Below are positions 27,301 through 42,300 of a stretch of DNA of 64,000 bases, piece by piece (the first letter of the stretch is position 1; the number at the start of each line of letters is the position of its first letter). Position numbers and translations under genes: made by a program. The notes under the pieces were generated by a model. It saw only the letters and a program-made list of their open reading frames with translations, was not told the DNA's origin and did no database searches. The DNA comes from Lama guanicoe (lineage: Eukaryota), in assembly GCA_013239625.1 (NCBI GenBank), contig MU054338.1, positions 4,613,371 through 4,677,370 on the forward strand, read 5' to 3'.

Positions 27301-30300
27301 AGAATGGCTGCAGAACAGAAAATGAGATGTTTAAATTAAAGACTGAAAAGGAGTCGATGGACATTGCCTGCACCGCCATCACTGGAGGAGGAATGGGGGG
27401 TAACAGAAATTTCTCACATTCTCTAGAAGTCTCTAGAATTGGAGGGAAGGGAAATTCACTGTTTTTTTATTGAGTTATAATTAACATACAATATTCTGTT
27501 AATTTCAAGTGTACAACATAGTGATTCGATATTTTTATACATTATGAATGGTCACCACAATAAGACGAGTTATGATCCGTCACCATACAAAGTTGTTACA
27601 ACTTACTGACTATATTCCCCTTGTGTACATTTTATCCCCAGGACTTACACATTTTGCAGCTGGAAGTTTGTACTTCTTAATCCTCTTCACCTATTTTGTC
27701 TGTCTCCCTTCCCCTTTCCCCTCTGGCAGCCACCTGTTTATTCTCTGGGTCTAAAACTGTGTTTCTGTTTTGTTTTGTTTGTTCATTTCTTTGCTTTTTG
27801 GATTCTGCCTATAAGTGAAATTTTACACTGTTTTTCTTCCTCTGCCTGACTCATTTCACTTAGCCTAATACCCTCCAGCTCCACCCATGCTGCTGCAAAT
27901 GGCAAGACTTCATTCTCTTTTTATGGCTGAATAATATTTCTATATAAGTACATATAAATTTATATTTGGAGTTTATAAATGGAGTTTATCAATTTCTTGC
28001 AGTGGCTTAAAAGTAACTCAGTGCTTAGTACATTCAGACAGCAAGTCGTCTCATTTATTTTGGCATACTATTTACAAAAAGAATTTTTTAAGAGAATATT
28101 TATAGCAAAAAGTTACACTAATGAAAGGAAGTATTGGAGGCACTTTATTAAGATATTTTTTCCTTTACAGCTGGGGTGGATGTTTGATTAATCTAGTTGG
28201 AGATCTGATTAGTATTTCGTTAAGAATACATAGGAGATATATACATACACACACGTATATATGTATATCACATCTTTTGGGGGCGATTTTAAAAATTTTA
28301 TTAAAGTGGAGTTGATTCAGTTTCAGGTGTACAGCAAAGTGCTTCAGTTGTACGTACACGTACATGTAGATTTTATTTTCAGATTCTTTTCCATTACGTG
28401 TTATTACAAGAAACTGAATACAGTTCCCTGTGCTGCACGGTAGGTCCTTGGTGTTTATCTATTTTATGTACAGTAACGTGTGTCTGTTATTCTCCAACCC
28501 CTAATTTATCCCTCCCCACCCCTTTCCCTTCGGTAACCATAGTTTATTTTTTATGTCTGTGAGTCTGTTTCAGTCTGCAAATAGAATTTGTATCACTTTT
28601 TTTTTTTTTAGATTCCACATATGAGAGATCACATCTTCTTTATCCATACATCTGTGGGTGGACCCTTGGGTTGCGTCTATATTTGGCTATTGTAAATAGT
28701 GCTGCTATGAGCAGAGGGGACTTAGCAACTTGGAAATGGCAAGACTTCAGAATCTCCCCTAATCTGTTTTATACGGATTTATCGTCTAATAAAGTAGGAT
28801 TCAGAATCCTACATTCTGTACACCAGAAGTTGACACACTGTAATTGACTATTCTTCAATTTAAAAAAAAAAAAGAATCCTATATTTTGTGTTTGACTCCT
28901 AAGAGACTTGCCAGATAAACCCTTAACTCTGGCTAGACCGTCCCACACTTCCTCCATAGGCTGATGGGTTCCTTGTTTCATTTCAGGTGCCGTGGCCTTT
29001 ATTTCTTACAAGTCTATTGAGTCCTTCTTAGACAGCTCGTTTGTATCTAAGGAAAACCTAATTCTCGATGAAAAGTTGGATCACTTTCAGCTGAATTCCA
29101 AGGTGGTCAGCGGCACGACGGGGTGCCGGAAGAACTGCTCCCTGGCCACCCCTGTGAACTTCACTTTTCCGCACACACAGGTGGGCAGTTACCAAGCTCC
29201 TTGTGCACCTAGACGTTTCTTATGATCACGCCTGTAAGCCCAAGGGTGGGAAAGTGTTGTTTTTCACAGTCGGTGCTTTCTGCCTGAGCTGCTCTGCCAG
29301 GGACTGCGTGTGGAGGCTGGAAATACAGCCGGTGCTTGGTTAACGGCTACTCCACAAACATTTGCGTGATGGAAGCCATTCTTTCAAGAGACTGAGAAGC
29401 TGTATATCCTGTAGCTGTATTTTTTAGGGAGGAGGTAACTAGATTTACTTATTTATTTTTGTTGGAGGTACTGGGGATTGAACCCAGGACTTTGTGTATG
29501 CTAAGCATGCACTCTACCGCTTGAACTATAAACGTCCAGGAAAGTGAAGGAAAAAGACACATTTGCATCCCGGCAGTAGAGTACCTATCAAAAGTCAGAA
29601 AATATTATCATCATTCATGACGATAAAGACCTCGAGTGGAAGTTTCTGGTTTGATTTGGGTTTGATTACTTTTTAAAATTTTAAAATTTATTGCTGTATC
29701 GTTGATTCACAATATTGTTAGTTTCAGCTGTGCAGCATAGTGATTCTGTGTTTTTGCAGATTATATTTCACTATTGGTTATTACAAGATATTGGGTATGG
29801 TTCCCTGTACTATACAGTAAATCCTTGTTTCTTATCTATTTTATATATATTAGTTTGTATCTGTTAATCCTATACCCCCATTTGTCCCTCTGCTTCCCTC
29901 TGCCCTTTGGTAATCATAAATTTGTTTTCTAAGTCTATGAGTTTGCTTCTGTTTTGTATGTACATTCATTTCTTTTTTGGATTCCACGTGTAAGTGATAG
30001 CATAGAATATTTGCCTTCCTCTGTCTGACTTATTCCCCTAAGTATAGTGTTCTCAGTAGAGTCTTCTCTAGGTCCATTTGCATTGTTTCAAATGGCAGTA
30101 TTTCATTCTATTTTATAGCTGAGTAATATTCCTTTGTAGATATATGTATATATACGTTGTATATATATGCACACACACACATTTCTTCTTCTTAAGCCAT
30201 GTTTTTGTTTTTTGAGAGGGTAATTAGGTTTATTTATTGTTATTATTTTTATTTAATGGAGGTGCTGAGGATCGAACCCATGACGTCCTGCATGCTAAGC

Positions 30301-33300
30301 ATGTGCTCTACACTGAGCTGTACTCTCCCCCGCCAATTGTCTGTTGATGAGCACTTGGGTTACTTCCACATCTTGACTGTTGCAAATTGTGGGAAGTTTC
30401 TGATTTTAAATGATGGTGTCTCATGAATGAGCAATTCTCTTTCCAGTTGACAGGGGAAAGCAAAAAGCCTCTCTGTGTCTACTGGAATGACATCTCATTG
30501 GGCTGGTCTAATGAAGGATGCCACGCCATCTTTTACAATGGAACTCAAACCGTTTGCAGCTGCAGCCACCTGTCCACCTTTGCAATTCTCATGGCCTCGG
30601 TGGTGCTGGCGGTATGTGTATAAATGCACTTAACGCTGAGATTGGCTCCCCTGCAGAATGGTGTTGGGCTGGGTGGGACGGGCGACCGTATCTTAAAAAA
30701 GAATATTTGTGCAGCCCCTTCTCTTTTCTTCTTCCTTTTTTGGTCTTACTTTAAAAATTGTCTCTTTTTTCTTATTAGAAAATATAGCCCTTTCAGGGGT
30801 GTGTATGGTATCTCTGTGGTTTGAGTTTGTGTTTCTTTGATGACTAACGGTGTGGAGCATCTTTTCATGTGCTTTCATGGGGAAGAGCTTGTGAGCAAGA
30901 GCAGCACCCCTTGTGTCTGGGAACCCAGTCACTCAAAACTGATGGAATTTGGTGATTCTACCAGCCTTTTGGAATTTGGTGAAATGCTGGTGGATTCCTT
31001 CACACTCGCTCCTGGAACAATGACTGCTTCCCTCTGTGACCTGTCGGAAGTGAAACAGTTCATCTATCTCCTCTCTCCTTGGAGGATCTTGAATAGTATC
31101 GCTTGTTTGCTGTGTAGATGCAACTTTCTGATGGGCTTGAGAAAAGTTAATGATTTTGTCGGTTTTCTCATTGTTACAATGGGAGCCATGTTCTGTTGTG
31201 ACTTTCTACATCTTAACCATCATAGAACCTCTCTTTCTATTTTCAACATTCACCTGAAATTTGTTTTTGTTAATTTTTTAAAATGAATTTATCCTTTAAT
31301 GGAGGTACTGGGGATTGAATCCGGGACCTCTTGCATGCTAAGCACACACTCCACCACTGAGCTATGTCCCACACCCCCACCTCAAATTTATTTTTATGTG
31401 TAGAGTGAATTAGAGTTAAATTTTCTTTTATTCCCAATTTTATTCAGTTGGTGCAGTGCTACTAAGGCTTCGTTTCCAACTGGTCGAAATTTCCAATTTT
31501 TGAAGAAGCACAAGCTCCTTAAGGAGGTTATCCAAAACGCTTAACAATTGGAATGAAATGGAAAGCTAGCCCCGCCCCTTATGCAAATCTGTACTCCTAT
31601 GTTAATGTCCTTGCCCTTCAGACGGCCACCTTCTCACTTGTCCTTCACTCAGCAATAAAACTTACTCTGAAAACTCCCGTCTTCACCTCTCCCTTGTACT
31701 CACTGCCTTGAATTATCTTTTTATCTTTTCAAGCCATCAGCACACTGGGGAATTTGTGTTCAGCAGCGGTTTTCCTTATGTGGATGATAAATAATGAATC
31801 TGCCTGAAGGTTGCACATGTCATCAGATGTACCGATTCCAACTGCAAAGATATTCATGGGCAAAATAAGGAGGACAAAGACAGCAAGGATGGGGGGGGGT
31901 GATGTCCAGGGAGGAAGCGAATGCTGGTGATGTTTTCTGCTCATTGGCATTCTGTCTTGGGCATGTGCAAGATGAACCAAATGAGAAAAAAAAAGACTGC
32001 ATTCTGAGCTTGCTATAGCAAGGAAGTCTGTCACCATCACTTGTGTTTTGGCAGAGACTCAAAGGCAAGCCAAAGCCTAGGGGAAATTTATAGTGGAAAG
32101 AAGGGACAGCTTCAGGCGTGCCCTGATTAGAGGTTGATGGACCGGTGAAGCTGAAGGCAGGCTATCTGGAAGTGGGGCATCTTATGTGATTGGTTAAGGA
32201 AGTATTTTTGGTTTTCTGTGGTTGGTCCAAGTTGAAAATGGGAACAAAATTGAGCAGAACTGTCAGTTATTAATCAAGTCCTGGCCATTCAGAGCCAATT
32301 GTTCTGGAAGTTATTGCTGGACGTCCTGAATTGTCACTAGAGAGCCCCCTGGATTCCTGCCTGTCCAGCACACAGTAGGCTGGCTTGCTGGCTTGTTCAT
32401 TGCAGCTAAGGGGATTGGTTTCCTGGGCACGTGGCTGCAGGCTGTGGGTCAGAGTTCTCTTTTTATCTATGGTCTGGCCGTTGTCTGTGTGTTCGGTCTC
32501 TCAGGAGGACATTCCTACTAGGCGATGCGATTGCTAACCTGGGTTGTTAGTGACCACAGCATCCCAAACAAAACTGAGTTGGAATCTCTTTTCTTCTGCT
32601 GGATCCAGGAGGATCCCGTGCTGACTGTGATCACCTACGTGGGGCTCAGCCTCTCTCTGCTGTGCCTCCTCCTGGCAGCCCTCACCTTCCTCCTGTGCCG
32701 GCCCATTCAGAACACCAGCACCTCCCTGCACCTGCATCTCTCCATCTGTCTCTTCCTGGCCCACCTCCTCTTCCTCACGGGCATCGACCAGACGGAGCCC
32801 AAGGTAGGAGAAGTAGCCAAAACTCTTTCTTCTTTAAAAAATAGCATTATGTGTTGCAGAAAAGTCTGTTACAGCTCGGTGTTACAGCTCAGTTGTAACA
32901 GCAACCTGGATCCGGGCCAGAGACCAAGCAGCACACGGAGAGTTGGAGAACTGAGGTTTATTACACCAACAGGCCCAGAAGAGTTAACACTCCAAGCTCT
33001 GGACCCCGTCTGCAGGTTTACACAGGTTTTTATAGGCTACCAGTCTAGACTTTGCAACATTTTGTAACATTATATGCAAACAAGGTATAATAAAAGTGAC
33101 TAATTAGGAACAAGCTTTGTAGAAATGAACCAATCAAGAGTGAGAGAAATGGACCAATCAGGAGTGAGGGAAATGCACCAATCAGGAGTGAGGGAAATAA
33201 CCAATCAGGAGTGTGGGAAATGGACCAATCAGGAGTGAGCTTCATGTAAATGAAGCACTACAAATGGACCAATCAGGAGTTAGCTCAGGGAACCAAGATT

Positions 33301-36300
33301 TTTAGGGGTAAGTTCCACTTTCCTAGAAGTAAGCTGTTTCAGAGGCAAAAAGTGAGATAGAGCCACTGGGCCAGGAAACCAGATGGTGACAGCAGGAGAG
33401 TAGTGGCCCTTCCTGGGGGTCCTGCTGGTCTTTTTTATGGGGCTTCCCACCTCATATTGAGATATAATTCACACCTATCTAATTTGTCCTTTTAAAATGT
33501 ACATATCAGCGGCTTTCAATATATTCACAGAGCCATGTGCCCATCACCACAACCCATTTTTTTTTCTTTTTGCTAAGTCTGTTGCCACACAGAATGTTTA
33601 ATTGCATTGTAGTCAGCCTTACGCACGTTCTCTCTCTCACTTCTCTCTCACCTTTTTTTTAGCTGAAGTACAGTCGGTTTACAGTGTTGGGTCAGTTTCT
33701 GGTGTACAGCGTAATGTTTCAGTCATACATGTGCAGACATATATTCCTTTTTATATTCTTTTTCATTATACGTTACTACAAGATATTGAATATAGTTCCC
33801 TATACTGTACAGTAGAAACTTGTTTATCTATTTTGTATACAGTAGTTAGTATCTGCAAATCTCAAACTCCCAATTTATCCCTTCCCACCCCTCTTCCCCT
33901 GGTAACAAGTTTGTTTTCTATGTCTGTGAGTCTGTTTCTATGTTGCAGTTCATTTGTGTCTATTTTTTAAGATTCCACATATAAGTGATGTCATATCATA
34001 TGATGGCGTTTTTCTTTCTCCCCTCCCCCCCTCACTGAACTTGAAACATGATTTATTTTCATGTTTCTTCAGTGGCCTCAATGACACCCTGCCTGAGGCA
34101 TGGAAACAGATCAAGGGGCTCCCTCCAATCCATCTGAGGGCCAGACTCTAAATAAAAGAAGCACATGCAAAGGCTTAGCAACACCTCCCACTCAGTGTGT
34201 CCAGAGGCAGCCTTAGTGACTAGCGGAAGCTGGGATGGTCATGCCCATCAAACGCTCCAGGGGCTCTCCTCTCCTCGCCCCTCCCCTCCAGGTGCTGTGC
34301 TCCATCACTGCAGGTGTGCTGCACTACCTCTACTTGGCCTCCTTCACCTGGATGTTTCTCGAAGGGCTCCACCTCTTCCTCACCGTCAGGAACCTCAAGG
34401 TGGTCAACTACACCAGCGCAGGCAGATTCAAGAAGAGGTTCATGTACCCTGCTGGCTACGGGATCCCAGCAGTGATTGTGGCTGTGTCTGCAGGGGTCAA
34501 TCCCCGTGGATATGGCACACCTTTGCAGTGAGTATGACGCTGAACTCATGCTGATGGGACCGTGTGGGCACAGCCGCCTCCGTGTGACAGTGAGGCAGAA
34601 AGGGAAAGTTGAGCTCATCCTGCCTCAGGTTGATAATAAACATGCTCACCATTTACTCTTCCAGCCCCCGTGTGAAGTGTTTCATAGACACCATTTCTCA
34701 TCTCTCTCCAGGGAGGAGGGTAATAGCTCAGTGGTAGAGCGCATGTGTGAAGTCCTGGGTTCAGTCCCCACCACCTCCAAGAAAGAAAGAAAGAAAGAAA
34801 GAAAGGAAGGAAGGAAGGAAGGGAAGAAAGAAAGAAAGAGGAAAGGGTGGGAGGAAGAGGGGAGGGAGGGAAGGAATCTTATCTTTCCTGAAACAGCTAC
34901 AGGGGAAAGTACTCCTATTTATTTTGTAGGCTAAGTGAGGTTTAGAAACAGGGTGAATGACTGGCCTAAAGAAACACAGACAATAATCTTGGAAGAGTAT
35001 GAATTCTGGGCTTGATTGCCTGGTTTCACCTTCAAGGTCCCTCACTCACTAGCCTGATGACTCTGGGGGAAGTTAGTTAAATTCTTTTCTGGGTTTTCTT
35101 ATCTGTGAAATAAAGATAATGATAGTATTCACTTCATCATACTTAGACACAGTGCAAATGCTCTATAAATATATCTATTACATATCATTTATTTTATCAT
35201 ATTACCTTTTAAGTGCTGCTAATATGGTTTGTTTGGTTTTTATCAGTTGCTGGATCAACCTACAAAAAGGATTTATCCTGAGTTTCATAGGACCCATATC
35301 GGTAGTCATCCTGGTAGGTTTGTAGTATGTGTGTGTGTGGTGTGTGTGTGTATGCGCTATGGGCACTAAATGTGTATACAGTATGTGTGCGTAGTTTGTA
35401 GTATTCAACTTAATTTGAAGATCAAAACAGGTACTATTTTAACAGTCATTTGTTTCCTTTTAATTGCTGACATTTGAGCATATTGACTGGTTGATTTAAA
35501 AAGATCTTTGAGCCTATTTAAATGCTGATGTATAGAGAGGAAATCAGCCCTGTCTCTCTAGTACCTAGCATATCTCATGTACTTAATAAATCTTTCTTGA
35601 ATAAGTGAATGAGTTGATGTGAGAAAAGATCATTGTTCATATAATCAACTTAACATGATCTGGAGGAGACACCACCCGTGTCCTTAAATTTCCTTCCATC
35701 TTTGTGCTTGTTCTACTTTTAGGATAAAGTCTGATGATTAGTCAGTATAGACTAAAACATGCTGCAGCGACAAATAAGACCTGACTTCTCAGTGGCTTAA
35801 CACCACAAGTATTTTGTGTGTCTGTTCTTGCAAAGTCCACTGTGGATCAGGATGCTTTCCCCCTTTAATTTTGTGGCTCTCTTATTTTGGCACATGGCCT
35901 CCTGGGTTGTTGCTGGAGGGGAAGAGAGTTGGAAGACTGTGTAGACCTCAGGCATACATCACTGCCACCAACATCCCACTCACTGGAATTCAGCCACGTG
36001 CTCCAGGCTATCTGAAATGAGCCTGGAGATGTTTGCCCGTGACCCATGTGCCCAAGGAAAGGACTTGATGGAGACATCACATTGCATTGTCCCTGGACCA
36101 CCTGGTCATCCACTCATAGTTCTTTTGTGGACTTCCAGGAGTGCTTAGCAGTATCATATAATATCCACAAGCCACTGAAATGAGTTTCAACATCTTCTAA
36201 CTGAAAACCTCACACCTTTCCCATAGTCTTAAGCTCTCTCTATACCGACTATAGGTATTTGTCCACAGCTGTTTGTGTTTTATGTGTTTTTTCTCCTTTC

Positions 36301-39300
36301 AGATAAACTTAATCTTCTATTTGATAACCCTATGGATTTTGAGAGATCGACTTTCTTCCCTCAATAGAGATGTGTCCAAGATACAAAGCACAAGGTAAGA
36401 CAGTTTTCAATAGTTAGAGGGGCTTAGCATGTGTTGCATTTCTCTAGGATTTTTTTCTGACACTATGCAATATGGATTTTCCAGACATCCATGAAACTGA
36501 GTGTGTGTCTGGGGATGGAGATGAGTGTAGGTGGGAATAGGAGAAGGGAGGGAAGTGTTACTGAACACCTACTGTATGCATCAGGCACTGTATTAGAAGC
36601 CTATGAAGCAAACATATGTATGCACATGAATGCCTGAAACATGATGCTGTACACCAGAAACTGACACACTGTAACTGACTACCAGAAAAATAAATAAACT
36701 GAGATAAAGCACAGATGTTCACAGACACAGCCAAAAAAAATAAGCCTATGAAGTAAATACATTTATCCCACTAAACAGATGGTGGTAGAATATATTTAAG
36801 GGTGACAACAACCTATGTTAGAGGATGATTTCCACTCTACATAAGGATTCTTCCTTTTTCCTCTACATTCCTTGAAATCCAGGTCTAGCAAACTACAGTT
36901 CATGGACCAGATCTGGCCCTCTGTCTGTTTTTGCACAGCCTTTAAACTAAGAATGACTTCTGTGCTTTCAAATGGTTGCTAAAAATCAAAAGTAGGATAT
37001 TTAGTGACATGGGAAAGTTATATGCCAATCAAGTTTCAGTGTCCATAAGAATGTCGAATTGGAAAACCGCCACATTTATTCGTGGAGAGTTAATCTATGG
37101 ATGTTTTCCCACTACAATGATAGAATTGAGTAGTTGAGACAGGGACCCTGTGGCTCACACAGCTGAAAATATTTCCTATCTGGCCCTTTACACAAAAATG
37201 TACTAAACCCTGCTTTAAATAACAAGGCAACAGTTATTGGACCTTATTTAAGGATACAATTAAATGCAACCACATAAACAATCATTTATAGAGAGTTGGC
37301 TGATATGTCAGGAACCAGTATCAAAAGAGGATCAACCCTAAAAGCATGTGTATTTGACAAATAATAAATGCTGGAGAGAGTGTGGACAAAAGGGAGCCCT
37401 CCTACACTGCTGGTGGGAATGTAAATTGCTGCAGCCACTGTGGAAAACAGTATGGAGATTCCTTAAAAAACTAATGATAGACTTGCCACATGATCCAGCA
37501 ATCCCACTCCTGGGCATATATCTGGAGGAAACTCTAATTCGAAAAGATAAATGCACCCCAATATTCATAGCAGCACTGTTTGCAATAGCCAGGACATGGA
37601 AACAACCTAAACGTCCATCTACAGATGATTGGATAAAGAAGTTATGGCATATTTATACCATGGAATACTACGCAGCCATAAAAAAGAATAAAATAATGCC
37701 ATTTGCAGCAATATGGATGGGCCTGGAGATTGTCATACTAAGTGAAGTAAGCCAGTAGAGAAGGAAAAATACTATATGGTATCACTTACATGGGGAATCT
37801 GAAAAATGACACAAACAAACTTATTTACAAAACAGAGACAGACTCACAGACATAGAAAACAAACTTATGGTTACCAGTGGGGAAGTGGGTGGGAAGGGTT
37901 AAATTGGGAGTTTGGGATTTGCAGATACAAACTACTATATATAAAATAGACAACCAACAAGTTTCTACTGTACAGCACAGGGAACTATATTCAGTATCTT
38001 AGAATAGCCCATAATGAAAAAGAATATGAAAAGGAATATATGTGTATGTACTTATGACTGAATCACTATGCTGTACCCCAGAAACTAACACAACATTGTA
38101 AATTGACTATACTTCAATTTTTTTAAATGTATATTTGAACCCTTAAGATTAATGAGAAAATTCACACAGAATGTAGAATTGTTGTTGCCAGGGGCCGGAG
38201 GGAGAGAGGAATGGAAAGTTACTGTCTACTGGGAGCAAAGTTTTGGTTTTGCAGGTTGAAAAAAGCTCTGTCGATGGGAAGTGGTGGTGGGGGGATAACA
38301 GTGTGGATGTTCTTAGTGCTTCTGAATTGCATTTTAATATAGTTGTGATAAACTTTATGTGTCTTGTCACAAATTTTTAAGTCCTGATTAGACACCATTC
38401 CAGTTGCAAACATTCACATTAGAGGAATAGACCCAGGGAAGAAACACATGATCATTTATTACAAGAGTTTTCACATTTAAAGGGACAGCCAAATAAATAT
38501 TGTACACACCACCAGAGTTTCTCCAAGTTCATCCCAGCTTGAGAAAAGCTCACCAGTAATTGTAGGGAAAGGCAAATGGGTACCTGAAGGCAGGACAGCA
38601 GACTGCTCAGGGGAGAAGGTGAAGAGGTTGGTGACTCTCCTTCTTGGTGTTACCAGGATGCTGACGTTTAAAGCCATTGCTCAGCTCTTCCTCTTGGGAT
38701 GCTCCTGGTGTCTGGGCTTCTTTCTCGTTGAGCTTATAGAGGAACCATTCAGGTCGGTCATTGCCTACGCTTTCACCATCATCAACGTCCTGCAGGGGGT
38801 CTACATCTTCGTGGTCCACTGCCTCCTCAATCAGCAGGTAACGTGAACCGCCATGTCTTCTCCCCAGGTCCCCGCTACAGTCCCTTCCCGTTGCTCACAC
38901 GGCTCATCCTCCTCTCCCACATTCGAGCCCTCCTTTCTGTCGCCTACATAACTGATGGCCTGTTCGCATTTTTCCCATTCCTCCTATTCTCCCCTGAGTC
39001 TAGGGAGTTCACACCTCTGTTTTCCAAGTTTCCAGTTTCCCGATACATGAAAATGCATTGGGGATTGGATGGTAGCTTTCCCGTTCATCCTCCCTGGGTC
39101 AGAAATATGGGGTCTGAAAGTAACAACACAAAGGTTTGGGGACAATGTTTTCCATTTCTTAATATCCAAATTATATTTTAATGATTATTACAAACCTGGC
39201 TTTGAGAGGATGCAGTGGCTGCTTCCTGAAGAGGGAAGAAATCAGAAACAAGACAGAGTATAAGCAGACATTGAATTACCCTCTGTGATTTACACCATGG

Positions 39301-42300
39301 GGAAAAATGTAGGTGACATTAGACAACCAAGTGAGGCTTCTTTAGACCTGAGAGCGAGGAGCTTAAGGTGGGTGGGAGTCAGCCAGGCAAAGAAGGGAAG
39401 GAAAGCTGGTGTGGAAACTTGTAAGAGTTCCAGAACCCAAAGAAGGGCAGTGCTGTGAGCATAGGACAGAGTGGTGGGGTGACGGTCCAGATGCCAGCAT
39501 TGGCTGGACCACATAAGATTTTTTAAGCAGTGATTTTGCATTGCATTTGGACCAGATAAATAGGTAGATATAGCTAGGTTTCACTCCATAGGGGATGTAT
39601 AATTTTGCATTTTGACCAGTAATGAGTAAGAATCCTTGTTTTCAGGGGTTGGGGGTGTAAGTAAGTGGTAGAGCATGTGCTTGGTGTGCATGAGGTCTGG
39701 GGTTCAATCCCCAGTGCCTCTGTTAAGGTGGGGGAAAAAAATCCTTGTTTTCCTCCAAATGCACCAATGGAGGGTTTCATCCAAGCTTTGAACAACCAAA
39801 GAGAAATAGAGAAATGCAAACTAAAAGTACGCTGACAGATGAGATAATATAAAATATTATATAGAAACATATAAAATATTATATCACGTATCAGTGATTC
39901 CTCTTACTATGAATGATCTTGTTTATCTTTTCACATATTTAAAGGTCATTTCTTTCCTCTTCATCATTTTTCTATTGGTGTTGGCCCTTTGTCCTCTTGA
40001 TTTCTAGGAGCTCTTTACATGTTAAAGACACAAGCTCTTTGTCTTTGATAAGTTATTGATACTTTTTTTCAGTTTGTTGTTGTCCTTGAGATGTTAAGTC
40101 TTGAGAATTTATTTTATACCATGTTCTTTACAAGATAAGTCACTTCCCATGTGACCTCATCCTTTGTTCCCTACACACACTTCCTTCCAAGAGAGACCAT
40201 GGTTTCCTCTGCCTCTACTGTTGATTTATTTTGCATGTGTCTTTTTTCATTATCATGTCACTAAGAGGAGGGGGTTCATACAATTTGGTCTCAGCAACTT
40301 TCTGCACTTGGTCAAACATCAGTTATGTTCTTGGCTTGTCTCTAATGAGTACAAACACATAAACACATAAACCTGCCACTATCTATGCTTCTCTCTCCTG
40401 ATTTTCCAAATGTCTGGGTAGACAGGACATATTCTCCTAGACTCGCTAGCTTAACAAGATTATATTGCTACTAAATTTTAAGTTACAGATCATATCACTA
40501 CAAACCTAACAAATGTATTTTCTATATATGTATCAGGGAACATAACTGCATGCATTTCCTAGTGCTTCTATAATAAGTCACTGCATACTAACTGGCTTAA
40601 ATAATACAAATGTATTGTCTTAAAGCTCTGGAGGGCAGAAGTCTCATTGGACTGCAGTCTATGTGTCGCAGGTCTGTGTTTCTTCTAGAGGCTCTCAGGG
40701 AAAATCTGTTCCCTTGCCTCCTCTGGTATCTAGGGGCTGCCTGCATCCCCTGGCTCATGGCCCCTTCCTTCAAAGCTGGCTATCGTATCTCTCTGTCCTC
40801 TGCTTCTCTCTTCCCGTCTACATCTCTGACGCTCCTGCCCACTCTTTCCCTAATCAGGACCCCTGAGATTATACTGTCTCACCCAGATAATTCACGATAA
40901 TCTCCCCATCTCAAGAGCCTTCACTTAATCCCATCTGCCAAGACCCGTTGCCGTGGAAGGCAACATATTCCTAGGTTAAGTGAATTAAGGTGTGGATTGA
41001 CTCTTAGATGTGGGGGCCGTTATTCTCTGTACCACAAATCCATAGGATGTTTCCTTTTTCCCAAACACCATATCTCCCTATGGATTAATACAAAACACCA
41101 CGAAGAAGACCTAGAATAGGCATTAGGTATGGTTTTATGTGACATTTTAATTTTGTTATTTCAGCAGCCATTTAGAAAGAGCTATTAAGTTACCAGGGTT
41201 GCTCTGAGAGATTGGCTGGTGGCTATTGGCTGCAGGAAATCTGCCAGAAATTAATATGCCTGCATTGATTTGTGTTGAAATCTGTAACCCCATTCAGATG
41301 AGTTTCTAGTGATTTGCTGGATTCAGAGACAGAAAAGGACTCTGAGCCTAACCTCTGTCATATGTTTTATCAACATCAAGGTTTAAGCCTAAGACCTAAA
41401 ATTTGCATTTATTTGCATTTCTCATTTAGTTTTTTCTTTTTAAAGACTCCATTTGCATTTTTTTTTTTTACTCTCCGTCCTGTATGAAGAAAACAGAGTA
41501 GGTCTTCCTTAAATGAGACTCATTTTTCTGAAGCTAATATTTTTACCAAAAAAAATTTTTTAAACAATACTCTGATAATATTCTGAGCATGTGTTTCTCC
41601 TAACAATTGAAAGGACTGGAAACATTAACGTCGTTTTACAAAGGAAACGTAAGACTGGTCAGGTAAGCAACTTGGTCAAACTCGGTGAAAATCATTCCAT
41701 AGAAACATCCTACCATTTGTGCTCCCAAAAATCCAAGCACGGACTCCACACATCCTACTCCTCTTGGCGCTGGCGCCTCATCTCCAGTGACGGGGTCACT
41801 TTGTCCTCCTGGTACAGGGATGGGAGGAAAATATCTCTCCTTCACAAAGGGGAATTTATGCTCCCGTTTTAGGCAAATGAGGGGAGGGCAGAGAAATCTT
41901 CTTGCATTTATTGATTCTCAGTTGTCTTGAGCTCAAAATTATCCATGTGCCAAAGTGGCTAATTTGTGAACCCCCTTCAGGAGCTCTGCTGAGCACAATA
42001 CTCAAAATCCATTAGCGCACATGCGTTGAATGAAGGAATACGCCTGCGCAATGAGAGACTAAAATCTACAAAGAACCCCAATTCACGCATATTCAATATC
42101 CGTTCAGCTAAACGATGGACGTCTGCTGTGTACCGGGCTCTGTGCATAGAAAGAATTCTTCCTCTGAAGAGTTAAGGAGTTAAACCCATAATGTCATTAG
42201 GTAGAGGCATAAATTAAGGTTGAATAACCATCATGGCTATCCATTTGACCAAGTTTAATAAGACTCAGAAAGAAAGAGATTAAAAAATCAGATCTCAGGG

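Noticed and set aside
33120..33280. CRISPR-like regularly spaced repeats
   Set aside because: Units are contiguous tandem copies without unique spacers, inside a mammalian LTR.
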